This document shows, piece by piece, positions 9,633-20,074 of a DNA stretch of 64,000 nucleotides. The stretch covers positions 1 through 64,000 of the IMG/VR virus record IMGVR_UViG_3300047160_010653, one strand, 5' to 3'. Source of the DNA: a virus (taxonomy: Duplodnaviria > Caudoviricetes). Position 1 is the stretch's first letter. Each line of letters starts with the position of its first letter. Both the position numbers and the translations under genes were made by a program. The notes below the pieces were generated by a model that searched no databases, was not told the origin of the DNA, and worked only from the letters and a program-made list of their open reading frames with translations.

Positions 9633-12600
9633 CGACGAAAAACTGCTAACAATCAAATGGGAGAACGATCCCGGCACCGTTGTCGAAGACAGTGGGAAGA
9701 TGGGGGATGCGGCTGGGAAGAGCTACAAAGAAAAGTTCGAGGCGGCGACCAAGAACCTTGTCACAGGAACGCCGCAAACCGACAAGGCGATCGGGCCGCT
9801 TTCCGACCTCATGGCGAAGGTGACGAAAGAGCACATCGCCAAATTGCAGCCGCAACCACTCACTTCAGGTCCGGTAAAGCACGAAGCTACGGCTGCGCAT
9901 CAAGAGGTGATGAAGCGCATCGAGCCCGCGGTGGCGGTGTTCGAAGGCATTGCGGCTCTCTTTCGGCATGGTTCGATTGGGTTTGTCGCCAACCAATTGC
10001 TGAAGCCGTTTTTGGAACGTGCGGAAGAACGAGCAGGCGCAGGGAAGATCGGCACGGTTACAACACCGGTCATGCTGCAGCCTGGGCAGTTGTTGGCGCC
10101 CGAGCTGGCCAAGGTGTCGAAAGCAGCGGGAGCCAGCTTAGCCGACGCATTCAAGGGCAGGATGCTCGAGACAGTAACCGGTGCCGCCCTTGGTAATGCT
10201 TTGATCCCGGGCGGTCCTGGTTTGTTAGGCGGCGCCATACTGGGAGGTGGCGGGCCTCCGGGGCTTGCTATTGGAGCAACCCTTGGTGTTGCTGGCGTCA
10301 AGCTGGTCTATGACGCTGCGGAAGCTCTGCATGAGTTCGGAGTGGAGTCGGCTCGGACCAATATTGAACTTCACGACATGTCCAAGATCATGGGGATTAC
10401 CCCAGAGAAATTCTTGGATATGTCCATTCAAGCAACTCACGCAGGGGTCAACGTCGAGGAGTTCAAGCAAAGTTTCATCCGTTTGGGAGTGACCGCCCAG
10501 CGGCAGATGCCGGAAATCCAGAAGAAGTATGAAGACGCTGGGCGAACTATTGCCGAGTCCAACCTCAAGGTAAAAGAATCTCAAGTAGGGCTGGCACAAG
10601 CCGGGATCAACCTGCAATTCGCTCCGCAGCAGCAGGTGCTGCAGGATATTCAGGGACCGTTGACTGTTCAGGGCGCCCAATTCGGAGTTCAAGGGGCAGG
10701 CTTTGCCGTTGCAGAAGCGCGCGAGCGTTATCGTCAGGTGATGTTTGGCGATATGCCCGATCCGGATGTCGTCAAGCGGCGTCAACAAGCACAGGCCAAG
10801 CTAGCGCTCGATCAAGCCAAGTACAGCGAGGAACAGGCTCAGCTTCGCAAGCAGGAAGCTGACATGGCCGAAGAAAAGCGGTTGATGATGCAGCAGGCTG
10901 GCCTCGGGCCGGAACAGCAGGCGCAGCAGCAATTCGAGATGGCGCGCCTTAACGCAGAGAAGCAACAGGTAGAAGCTCAACGGCTGCGTTACGGGTTGCC
11001 GTCCGAAGTCGAAAAGATGCTCACTGCCGGGCAGCCAATCACAGGAGTAGAAGCCGGGAAGATCGAGCCCGAAGCGCTGCGCGAAGCCGTCTTCAAGATG
11101 GGTGGCGGCGAGGCCGGTGGTATCATCGATGTTACGAAGCAACTTCTTGCAGGGCCGTTCGCGGGTTTAACGGATGCGGAGAAGGTGGGACAGCTCGGGA
11201 AGATCATCCCTCAGATACAACGTGGACCGCAAGCCGGTGGCTGGTTGGATTTCTTCCAGTCAGGCGGGGCCAATCTCACTAAGGAAGAGAAAGACTGGCG
11301 CACCGGCGTGTTGGAGCGACTGGACCAGGGCTTGCCGAGTTCGAGACGGACCGTAGCCGAAGAAGAGTTCCAGAAGCTCCAGGTTAAGTATGGCGGGGCG
11401 GCGGTCGGCGTCGGTGAAGGTGTGCAGTCGACCACACGAGCTTTTGGCGACGTGGCCACCGGCATTAAGACAGCCGGGTTTGGCGTAGTTAACGCCTTGA
11501 ACACAGTTGCTGGCGGTATCAGAGGGACGACAGGGGTTGAAGGTGGAGGGGGTGACAAAAGCAAAGGTGACGACGAGGATAACATGGTTGGTGGCGGCCT
11601 TGTCGGCGGATACGGCAGCGGCACCAGTGACAGCAATCTGATTCACGCCTCAAAGGGCGAGTATATGATCCGCGCAGACGGATCAAACCTCGATGACGCT
11701 GTCAGGCATTTCATCCCAGGTTATGCTGGTGGCGGCGAGATCGATCCCAACGACCCCCTGGGCTACAAACGAACTCACCTGTACCGTTCGGCGATCAAGA
11801 AGATAAAGAGGGACAAACCTTCCTGGGCGTATCAGGCGCCGAAGGCTTTCCACCCCATGCATCCTGAGCATGAAACGGAAAAAGCACCTTTCACAGGGCC
11901 TGGGGTGGCACCGAAGACTGCGGCTGCGACGAAGGGGCCTGGGCCGTGGGGAGGGTATGCCAACGAACAGCAAATGAAGCTCGCTGCCGATTACGAGCTT
12001 CGTATGCGGACGCGCGATTTCGATCCGAAGAACGTTCAAGAGTATTTGAAGCAACTGCAGGCAGGCAAGACAGTCGAAGAACTTCGTGAAGAGCGCAAGC
12101 AAGCTGTGCTGGCTCCGCATCCGGCAGTCTACCGTCTGCCCGACCAATTCCCCGGTCCAATGGTACGCGTCACCCAGGAAGACGCCATTAGGGCTTCCAG
12201 GCAGGAATTTCTGGACCGGCAGACATCTGCTGAACCTGTACCGTTGCCGCGCGAGGCTCCTGTACCGTTGCCGCGTGAGGCCCCTGGACCGCCAGGGCTT
12301 GTATCCCGGTTCATGGATGCGCTGACTTCGGAATCCAAAGGATTTTCGCCGCCCGAGATCAAACCGGCAGGAGAGAAAAAAGAGAAGGAAACTGCTGAGG
12401 GTTATGCCGAAGGCGGTGAGATCAAGAACGCCGAGGATTATCTGAAATCTCTGCAAGAAGAAAAGCAGATGACGCATGAAGGCGAAGGGGTTTCAGGTGT
12501 CGGCGAAGGCATCAACGTTCCTCCGGAAGCCATCAGCATGGCTGCTCAAAAGGCTATCGGCTGGGGAACTTCGGCAGCACGGTTTCTAGCGCCTGAACTG

Positions 12601-13251
12601 CCGATGGCTGCTGATATGGCCTTGGGGGCGACCAGCCCTGCCATGACCCTGGGGCAGTTCGGCGCGCTGCTGTATTCGGAATCTCACAAGCATGAGCCGA
12701 TGACGTTGAATGAGGTTCTCCGGATGCACCGTGGTTCATCGGTGCGCGAGCGGGAACAGCAGCGGTTCAGAGAAGGGGTGGCTGCGGATGCCGACAGGTA
12801 CGCTGAAGGCGGGCTGATCCGGGCTAGCAAAGGCGAGTATCTGGTGTCGGCCGACGGCTCGAACCTCGGTGATGCCATCAGTCACTTCACCCGCGGCTAC
12901 CAAGGCGGTGGCCCTATTGATGTCAGCAACCTGATGCTGCGGAACACCCAACCGGCACAAGACACGCACCTGCAACCTGGGCCAGAAGCGCTCGGCCTGG
13001 AAGAAGGCGCAGCACGGTTGGCCAGTTCATTTGCAGCCGGTGTTGCGCAGATGGAATCAACTATGCCGGGGCCCTATGTTGCCGGAGGCGGCGGCGGAGG
13101 CGGGATGGCTGGTTATCATCAGCTCGATATCAGAACCAATCAGGGATCATTCTCCGCGATGATTGCTCCGGACACCATGACGGCGCTGCAGAGTTCGGCC
13201 TTGGGGGCGAAGATCAGCTCCACCGGACAAAGACCCTCCTGGTACAGCTAA
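9625..13251 (+). CDS. Tail tape measure protein
   Basis: 1208 aa, Ala/Gly/Gln-rich helical; C-terminal GGLVGG.GSGTSDS..ASKGEY TMP motif; follows the chaperone genes. Confidence 0.85.
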   Translation: MADDEKLLTIKWENDPGTVVEDSGKMGDAAGKSYKEKFEAATKNLVTGTPQTDKAIGPLSDLMAKVTKEHIAKLQPQPLTSGPVKHEATAAHQEVMKRIEPAVAVFEGIAALFRHGSIGFVANQLLKPFLERAEERAGAGKIGTVTTPVMLQPGQLLAPELAKVSKAAGASLADAFKGRMLETVTGAALGNALIPGGPGLLGGAILGGGGPPGLAIGATLGVAGVKLVYDAAEALHEFGVESARTNIELHDMSKIMGITPEKFLDMSIQATHAGVNVEEFKQSFIRLGVTAQRQMPEIQKKYEDAGRTIAESNLKVKESQVGLAQAGINLQFAPQQQVLQDIQGPLTVQGAQFGVQGAGFAVAEARERYRQVMFGDMPDPDVVKRRQQAQAKLALDQAKYSEEQAQLRKQEADMAEEKRLMMQQAGLGPEQQAQQQFEMARLNAEKQQVEAQRLRYGLPSEVEKMLTAGQPITGVEAGKIEPEALREAVFKMGGGEAGGIIDVTKQLLAGPFAGLTDAEKVGQLGKIIPQIQRGPQAGGWLDFFQSGGANLTKEEKDWRTGVLERLDQGLPSSRRTVAEEEFQKLQVKYGGAAVGVGEGVQSTTRAFGDVATGIKTAGFGVVNALNTVAGGIRGTTGVEGGGGDKSKGDDEDNMVGGGLVGGYGSGTSDSNLIHASKGEYMIRADGSNLDDAVRHFIPGYAGGGEIDPNDPLGYKRTHLYRSAIKKIKRDKPSWAYQAPKAFHPMHPEHETEKAPFTGPGVAPKTAAATKGPGPWGGYANEQQMKLAADYELRMRTRDFDPKNVQEYLKQLQAGKTVEELREERKQAVLAPHPAVYRLPDQFPGPMVRVTQEDAIRASRQEFLDRQTSAEPVPLPREAPVPLPREAPGPPGLVSRFMDALTSESKGFSPPEIKPAGEKKEKETAEGYAEGGEIKNAEDYLKSLQEEKQMTHEGEGVSGVGEGINVPPEAISMAAQKAIGWGTSAARFLAPELPMAADMALGATSPAMTLGQFGALLYSESHKHEPMTLNEVLRMHRGSSVREREQQRFREGVAADADRYAEGGLIRASKGEYLVSADGSNLGDAISHFTRGYQGGGPIDVSNLMLRNTQPAQDTHLQPGPEALGLEEGAARLASSFAAGVAQMESTMPGPYVAGGGGGGGMAGYHQLDIRTNQGSFSAMIAPDTMTALQSSALGAKISSTGQRPSWYS

Positions 13252-13715
13252 TGTATCTCCCCTTCGGCACACTGCTGGTCATTACACCTCTATCAGGGAC
13301 CAACACTCCGGTGTTGACGCCATACTCCGCACGCGGGTTGACGCAGACCTACGAACCGATCAAGCCCTCCGGGCAGGGGAATGATTGGTTGCGGCGTGAT
13401 GTCAACGCCGTGCTGCGATCGCTGGTTGACACCCGGTTTCAGAAACTCAAGACCACGATCACCTGCAAGGACGGCGAAACGCCGTGCTTGGATTCGGCGT
13501 GGATCGGCACTGAGGTGATGATCGACTGCGTGTTCGAGTTGTCGTACCCATTGGGGGCCTCCCCCTCTCGTCCGGTGGTCGCGGGCTCCTCGAAGAGCTT
13601 CGGTCATATCACCTACTACCGGCCGCAACTGATTTGTCTGATCAAGGATATCCGAGCAGCGCTCGCCGAGTATCCAGCGCTGTACGACTGGCAGATCGAC
13701 ACTGAAGAGAAATGA
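13251..13715 (+). CDS. Distal tail (Dit-like) protein
   Basis: Directly after TMP; LRRDVNAVLRSLVDTRFQK..TTITC.D pattern. Confidence 0.55.
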   Translation: MYLPFGTLLVITPLSGTNTPVLTPYSARGLTQTYEPIKPSGQGNDWLRRDVNAVLRSLVDTRFQKLKTTITCKDGETPCLDSAWIGTEVMIDCVFELSYPLGASPSRPVVAGSSKSFGHITYYRPQLICLIKDIRAALAEYPALYDWQIDTEEK

Positions 13716-16690
13716 ACCGCGAGTATACGTTATATTTTGCTTGGACGCCAATTGGGACACCTTGGGATGTTTCATTAGCTCGGTTTGACGAAAATATTTT
13801 TAACCTGCTGATCGAGCATGATGAAGGCCAGATACCGACGGCGGTTATCGAGATCAAGAACCCTCGGCGAGGTCTGATTGATCCACATCTGATGGCCTGG
13901 GCTTGGATCAGTTACTCGGTTGACGAGTGCGGGCCGTTTCCTTTGTTCTATGGGCGATTAATCGGCATCCCTGAAAAGATGCTGCTCAATACCGTTCGCA
14001 TCAAGTTCATCGCGCGAGCTGACAACTACGTACAGCAGAAGCAACAGATCGCAGAAGGGCTGAAGATCGCGCCACACTACGACTACATCTGGGTGGACGA
14101 TCTTAAACGGGATGATCCAGATACAATACTCGAAGGCTGGTCAGCGCTTTATCACGTAGACCGGGTTACTTTGAAAGTTTTGGCTTCCGATATTCTCTTA
14201 GGTGAGGATGGCACTGTCGACTTTGCTGACGAAGAAGTATTCTACGACAGTTTCGATATTCAGACACTACAATCGCCTCTGGTCGCCGTCAATGTCAAGG
14301 CCGAAGTGAATTGGAACCAGCAAGTCGGCGGTTCGATTGCGCTGGGGTCGTGGGCGTTTCCCACTTTGGGTGGGGAACCTTTTGTGGGCGCGTGGCCGCA
14401 GTCAGGGCAAGCGCTCGGCGGCGGTTGGTACGTCGGCATCGCCTGGGCGGGCGAACGTGATCCTGACCCAGCTTCACTGGCACTGATGACAGCAGCTCCG
14501 CAGGTGACTTCGTACACCTATCAGTGGGTCAACACCATGAAGACCCACCAGACCGGCGATACCATGTCGGTCTCGATCAACTACACGCCGCCGTGGGGGA
14601 CGGAAATCGTCCTCAAGCAATCTAGCCAGATGGGGATTATCAACCCCTACAATGTCGACGCCCAAGGCAATCCTGATCCAATCAATCAACCAGCCAAAGC
14701 AAGTATCGACTGGTTTTGCTATAAAACTTTCAAGCTCGGTTTTGACGGCAAACAATCGCTGGCGGTTCTTTCGTGCGCCTATTTTGCCGACAGGAAGCGG
14801 GTCGAACGCATCGAGCTGACGGTACAGGCTGATGTGCAGCCGATGCTGGTCGATCCGACCGTCGTCGAAGACACCGAAACTATCACATTAAAAAGTGCCA
14901 ATCTTTCAGAGCCACAGCTTGATCTCGACAACTGGTCAACGGTTGGCGGGGGTCATGCTGTAGGTGTCGGAGTGATCATCTTCCCAGACAACCCGCTGGT
15001 GCCCGGACAATCGTCTTCGCAAATCTGCGTCACTAGCGGCAACACTGGTGCGGAAGAACCGATCTTCTCCAACATCCCTGGCCAGACAACGCAAGACGGC
15101 ACCGTGGTGTGGGCAAGTTTGGGAGACACCCCTCCACCAAGTTCGGCACAGGATTGGGTGCCTGCAGCCCGTGTCGGGATCGGTACGTTGATTGTCCCTA
15201 AACCTATCCTCGGCGTGCCCGACTTTGACTCGGCGTTGAAGCCCGGCTCACTCACGTTTCCCAAGCAAGGTTTGCCGGTGGCGCAGTATACGGTGTTCAC
15301 CCACGGCAATGGCGGCCCGTATGCAGCGATGAGTCAATGCAATCGTGCTGGGATACTTAACGGCCCGTCGGACGATCAGGCACCCAGCTTTATCGGCTTC
15401 ACCAATCCCTCGGGCGCGTTTGCTTACATCTGCATCCAAGGCGGCGAAACCAGTCTGTACTATCATTCCTGGCCTGAGGCCAAAGGCGCGCAGATTAATG
15501 ACGGAGCAACGTGGTTGTGTGTCGGCACTGCCGGACCGGCACTTGGCGGCGGCCTCGGCATGATTAACGCCGCAAGCTTCTTTCCGACCACCCGCGGTAA
15601 TATGGCAATAGAAAATCTGTTCTCTCGCGCGCGGGCGAAGCTGCGCAAACGTGCCCGCGCAGCGCAGGTAAGTTTTGAAACCCGTTTTGAAACAGCAGCG
15701 ATGCTCTCATGCCGTATGAACGGCAAAGTACGAAACATCAACCTGCCGGGTGGCGAAGCCTTTGGCAAAGTGATTGGCTACAAACTAATGGTCGATGGAG
15801 ACAGTGGCGTCATCAAAGGATCAGTGCTGCTGGGGTGTAGTATCGGCAAGGAGCAGGTCGATCTCACTGGCACACCGCAGGCATCGCGACCGCCGTTGAC
15901 TGATTACGGGGTGCCGAGCTACGTCACTGAACACTACGTTAAACGTGGATATCAAAGATATGATCCTACGCCACCTATATTGCGTGATGTCTTTATACCT
16001 ATATCCGCATTAACTACAACCAAAGGCGTTGTTTATGCTACGCCGTATGGCGCACCTATCCTTTCTCCGGGCAGCGGAGGTAGCACAGGCGGGATAACTG
16101 GCGGCGGTGGGTGGAATGGCACATGGGGCAGCGGCAATGGCGGGATCAATCCTTTTGGACCTATGCACGGTGTTCCGCCAACAGTGCCGCCGGAAGGATG
16201 CGTAAAAAGCCAATGGTTTTTAGGTCCGTTCGACCCTGGCGGCGACGAGATGTCATACGCACCGCCTGCAAACAACCCCAACGACGATGGCATCCATTTT
16301 GACGGCTACGGCAATGACCTTGTACTCACCAGCCAATGGCACGGCACGCCAAGCACTTTGAACCAGAACAATATCCAGTCTTATCAGCTAGAGCTGGATC
16401 AGATCGTCCACAATGCGGTGGCACAGGCGAACCAGACCAAGGAAGTTGCCTTTCCCTCCGTCGGCGGCATCGGCACAGGCACTATCACAAGCTCGGAACC
16501 GCCATTTTATGACATTCAGGTCGCCGTGCAGCAGGCTGTGTTGAAAGGTCAGAACCAAGGCAAGGCGCTTTGGTATGAGCTGGCACTACGGCCGATCTCC
16601 AATGGCCCGTTTAATACCTACTATGTCATTCCAACCTCGCCGCTCAAGATCATACAGACGATTGATCTGTCGGCGCCATCGAGGTTCTGA
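13712..16690 (+). CDS. Tail tip/baseplate hub protein
   Basis: 992 aa; N-terminal FNLLIEHDEGQIPTA.IEIKNP...LFYGRLIG.P; embedded short DG.V.W carbohydrate-binding-like motifs; synteny. Confidence 0.6.
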   Translation: MNREYTLYFAWTPIGTPWDVSLARFDENIFNLLIEHDEGQIPTAVIEIKNPRRGLIDPHLMAWAWISYSVDECGPFPLFYGRLIGIPEKMLLNTVRIKFIARADNYVQQKQQIAEGLKIAPHYDYIWVDDLKRDDPDTILEGWSALYHVDRVTLKVLASDILLGEDGTVDFADEEVFYDSFDIQTLQSPLVAVNVKAEVNWNQQVGGSIALGSWAFPTLGGEPFVGAWPQSGQALGGGWYVGIAWAGERDPDPASLALMTAAPQVTSYTYQWVNTMKTHQTGDTMSVSINYTPPWGTEIVLKQSSQMGIINPYNVDAQGNPDPINQPAKASIDWFCYKTFKLGFDGKQSLAVLSCAYFADRKRVERIELTVQADVQPMLVDPTVVEDTETITLKSANLSEPQLDLDNWSTVGGGHAVGVGVIIFPDNPLVPGQSSSQICVTSGNTGAEEPIFSNIPGQTTQDGTVVWASLGDTPPPSSAQDWVPAARVGIGTLIVPKPILGVPDFDSALKPGSLTFPKQGLPVAQYTVFTHGNGGPYAAMSQCNRAGILNGPSDDQAPSFIGFTNPSGAFAYICIQGGETSLYYHSWPEAKGAQINDGATWLCVGTAGPALGGGLGMINAASFFPTTRGNMAIENLFSRARAKLRKRARAAQVSFETRFETAAMLSCRMNGKVRNINLPGGEAFGKVIGYKLMVDGDSGVIKGSVLLGCSIGKEQVDLTGTPQASRPPLTDYGVPSYVTEHYVKRGYQRYDPTPPILRDVFIPISALTTTKGVVYATPYGAPILSPGSGGSTGGITGGGGWNGTWGSGNGGINPFGPMHGVPPTVPPEGCVKSQWFLGPFDPGGDEMSYAPPANNPNDDGIHFDGYGNDLVLTSQWHGTPSTLNQNNIQSYQLELDQIVHNAVAQANQTKEVAFPSVGGIGTGTITSSEPPFYDIQVAVQQAVLKGQNQGKALWYELALRPISNGPFNTYYVIPTSPLKIIQTIDLSAPSRF

Positions 16691-16932
16691 TGCCCGCAGG
16701 CATTCAAGATGCAGTAAGGACCAGTCAGCTCCCCGATACCTCGGTGGGTCAGCCTTACATTGCGCCGGGGAGCATGACCAGCAACAAGCCAATCACCCTC
16801 ACTCCAGGGTTTGGTGCATCGCCACCGTCGACGTTGCCGCCGATCCAGACTGGGAGTGGACACTACGACATCACCATCACTTATTACATGGATCAAGCTG
16901 CGGTTGAACAGCAGACCGCTACGGAGCAATAG
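16690..16932 (+). CDS. Small tail-module protein
   Basis: TGATG and TAGATG coupling with neighbours. Confidence 0.5.
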   Translation: MPAGIQDAVRTSQLPDTSVGQPYIAPGSMTSNKPITLTPGFGASPPSTLPPIQTGSGHYDITITYYMDQAAVEQQTATEQ

Positions 16933-17916
16933 ATGGTCTACAAATTCCGCACCACTGGTCCGTGGGGTCCTGGTCTCGGGTACGACCTTAACCCCGAGGA
17001 TGTCGATGGAAACTTCTGGCAGGCGATCCAGGACATTCAGGCCAAGAGTGCACAGGGTGTCGGTATCTCGAACATCACCGTACACGGCAATCAGTTCTCG
17101 GTGGTGCTGACGGATCATTCCATACTTGGTCCGTACACAATGCCGATGATGACCTTGACCTTCAAGGGTACCTGGCAACCGAATTTCAGTTACAGTGCTG
17201 GCGACATCATTACCTATGGCGGCTCGACCTACATGGTTCGGGCGAACCATCTCTCGGCCGCGACGTTCGACCCCGGAGCCAATGACGGTCATGGCACCGA
17301 TTACTACGGTCTCCTGCTGTCGAACCCGGCTTGCACTCTCCCCTCAGGCGGGCCGGTAGGCAATTTCCTGCGCAAGGCAGGCGTCGGCGACTACGTCACA
17401 CAGTGGCAGACAGCCGCGCTGCATGATCTATCGGACGTAAGCTTGCCTCAATCACCACCGCCCGCAAGCGGGAATGTCCTTACTTACGAGAGCGGGCTCT
17501 GGGTGGCAAGGAGTGGCATAACTGCCCTCGCTGACCTAAGCGATGTGAACATATCCAGCCCGGCAAACAATGATGTCCTGCAATACAATGGGTCAAACTG
17601 GTTCAATGGCCCTGCGCCTTCGAAGCGCATCAATTCGTCCGTCAGCAGTACGACGCTGGATACTTCGGCATACGACATATTCAACATAACTCCCAGCAGC
17701 GGCAATACCTGGGTGACCTCGATACTTGTGCCAGGGCAGGAGATCACGTTAATCTTCACGACTTCGGGAACATCGTCCTACAATCAAGTGTTCGGCTCCG
17801 GGCTCAAGTCTCAGGGTACTCTGGCCACTGGTACGGTTGACAGTAAGGTGTTCACCGTAACTTTCCTGGCGGATAATTCCAGTTACAACGAGATTTGCCG
17901 TACAACGGCGATGTGA
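16933..17916 (+). CDS. Tail fibre protein with CBM5/12-like module
   Basis: FKGTWQPNFSYSAGDIITYGGSTY CBM-like motif; two LxDLSDV...VL.Y...W fibre repeats. Confidence 0.7.
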   Translation: MVYKFRTTGPWGPGLGYDLNPEDVDGNFWQAIQDIQAKSAQGVGISNITVHGNQFSVVLTDHSILGPYTMPMMTLTFKGTWQPNFSYSAGDIITYGGSTYMVRANHLSAATFDPGANDGHGTDYYGLLLSNPACTLPSGGPVGNFLRKAGVGDYVTQWQTAALHDLSDVSLPQSPPPASGNVLTYESGLWVARSGITALADLSDVNISSPANNDVLQYNGSNWFNGPAPSKRINSSVSSTTLDTSAYDIFNITPSSGNTWVTSILVPGQEITLIFTTSGTSSYNQVFGSGLKSQGTLATGTVDSKVFTVTFLADNSSYNEICRTTAM

Positions 17917-17940
17917 TGCCAAAGCGTCCGGTCGATAATA

Positions 17941-20061
17941 ATGGTTGACGATCCCCGTCTGCGCAAGGCGCACGTCAAGCGCGTTTACCTCTCCGATCCG
18001 GTTGACACCAGTGATCAACCCTTCAATCCCAATGCCGGGCCGCCCAGTCCGGACGCTGGCAAGCCAACTGACAAATCAATCTGGGTCGACGTGTTGCGTA
18101 TCGATAACATGTTCATCGACTACAAAGCTATAGATACCGGCAAACGCACCAGCACACAGTACAAGTTTACGTGGAATGACGATCCGAAGAAAGCCGATCC
18201 GGACAACAACACAGCCGATGTACAGCAGGAAAACGGCAATTCCGCCAGGAAGACTAAGCAGGTTCTGGTTCACAATCCGCAAGAATACGATCCCAGTAAT
18301 AAGACTGCAGGTACATCGATCCCGTTATGGCTTATCAACAAGACACCGGTGAGCAACAGAGGCGGAGGACAACCCGGCATTGAGGATGGCCAGACTCACC
18401 AAGTCATCAGTTGGAAATTCAACAACACCAATCCGGTCGACGCTCAGGATGATCCGAGCCTGCCACAGCCATCGAAGCGTGATGTTACTGCAGTACGAGT
18501 GTTGAACAATAATCTGCAGAGTAACAACCCCGGCGTGCCTTCTGTCAATTTTGATTTTGATGACAAGAATGTGGTGGCCCCCTGGGAAGACTATCTTGCA
18601 GCGCTTCAGGAAGGCAGCACGGACGACAGTCAGTTTGTCGATGTGGAATTTCCGGATGCGTTTTTTGTCGTGTTCGGTGCTGATCTCACCAAAGGAGTCA
18701 GAGGTCAGACCGTCAAGTACAAGCTGGCAAACAATAAAGCCATCGAAGAGGCAACCAGCAATATTGATGGCTCGCTGCTGTTTCAAAAAACCTCGGACAT
18801 CACTACCGACGATCCGAATGTCACTCTGCCGCCTCCGGTGCGCACCGACCCACTGCAGATGATCGTCAACGTGGGTTGGTCAAATCCCATTTTAGGGTTT
18901 ACTAATTTTCCCGATTTGACATCGTCCAGTGACGGCAAGACATGGAAGAAGTTTGTAATTACTACCAAAGGGATGTCCACCGGAGCATACGGAAATGGGG
19001 TCTGGCTGGGTATTAATATTTTCAATACTCCAACCATTGTTTTTTCTTCTAAGGATGGTGCAAAGACTTGGACTCAAGTTGGCACAGTTTCCGATGCCTT
19101 CCAGGGAATGTGCTTTTTTAATGTAAAGGATGATCAAGGTAAAACAAAACCGACTTTCGTTGTCTCCGGTTCTAGGAAAATTTACACCTCCACCGATAAT
19201 GGTAAAACTTGGGTTGTAACGCTTGATTTCAGCTCTAATCTAAGTAACACCGCCCCGAATATACAATTTACCTGTGAAGCTGGCGGCTTCTTCTATGCCG
19301 GAGTCGTTAATCCAGCACCACGTGATGATAGTAACAATCCTAAAAGCAATCCAACTTGCAAACTGTACATCTCTAAGGATGGGGTGGTCTGGACACCTCA
19401 AACATTATTCAGCAGCGTAGACTGGGGAGCCTTAAACCCATTCTACCAACAGCCTCCATTTCCGTACAACGGAAATGATATTATCATGATGACTGTGGGT
19501 TACGACGTCTTAAAAGATGACGGAGGAGGCAAAAATAAAAAGTGGATCGTATACGCGAACCCCTTTAATTTTGCCGGTTCAGTGTACATCGCAACGTCTT
19601 CCGATGGTCTATCTTTTGGGAGTGAGACAGTCATAGCCCAGGGCCACAGTGGTACGGTTGAAAACGTATCTATTTTACCCGGATGGTTTGCGACGTCTGG
19701 CGGCGCACAGACTGGAGCCGGTAATGGCGCAGGCACCGGCTTTGTGTGCTCGGTGACTAAGTTAACTGACGACGGCGCCGCAGAACCCAGTTTTACAGTA
19801 CAGTGTGCCGTACTTTACTCAGCAGACGGAAGCAGCTGGAAACCAGAGTTGTTTGGCCCTCTGGCAACTGAACAAGGAACCACCAGCGTGGGATTTACGT
19901 CGTTTGGCATCGGTAATACCTTCGTGACTGTTGGTGGCGGCCCCAACAAAGCTGGCATTTGGATGCGCGATAAGAAGAATGGTTCCTGGAGCCTTGTCTA
20001 CTCTGAGGGGGACAACCCAGTGTGGTTCGCTAGAGGACCGGTGAACTGGCCGAAACAATAA
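17941..20061 (+). CDS. Tail-associated protein with C-terminal Asp-box (BNR) beta-propeller, candidate receptor-binding protein
   Basis: Asp-box motifs SSDGKTW, SKDGAKTW, STDNGKTW, SKDGVVW, SSDGLSF, SADGSSW. Confidence 0.7.
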   Translation: MVDDPRLRKAHVKRVYLSDPVDTSDQPFNPNAGPPSPDAGKPTDKSIWVDVLRIDNMFIDYKAIDTGKRTSTQYKFTWNDDPKKADPDNNTADVQQENGNSARKTKQVLVHNPQEYDPSNKTAGTSIPLWLINKTPVSNRGGGQPGIEDGQTHQVISWKFNNTNPVDAQDDPSLPQPSKRDVTAVRVLNNNLQSNNPGVPSVNFDFDDKNVVAPWEDYLAALQEGSTDDSQFVDVEFPDAFFVVFGADLTKGVRGQTVKYKLANNKAIEEATSNIDGSLLFQKTSDITTDDPNVTLPPPVRTDPLQMIVNVGWSNPILGFTNFPDLTSSSDGKTWKKFVITTKGMSTGAYGNGVWLGINIFNTPTIVFSSKDGAKTWTQVGTVSDAFQGMCFFNVKDDQGKTKPTFVVSGSRKIYTSTDNGKTWVVTLDFSSNLSNTAPNIQFTCEAGGFFYAGVVNPAPRDDSNNPKSNPTCKLYISKDGVVWTPQTLFSSVDWGALNPFYQQPPFPYNGNDIIMMTVGYDVLKDDGGGKNKKWIVYANPFNFAGSVYIATSSDGLSFGSETVIAQGHSGTVENVSILPGWFATSGGAQTGAGNGAGTGFVCSVTKLTDDGAAEPSFTVQCAVLYSADGSSWKPELFGPLATEQGTTSVGFTSFGIGNTFVTVGGGPNKAGIWMRDKKNGSWSLVYSEGDNPVWFARGPVNWPKQ

Positions 20062-20074
20062 TGAGACCAGAACA

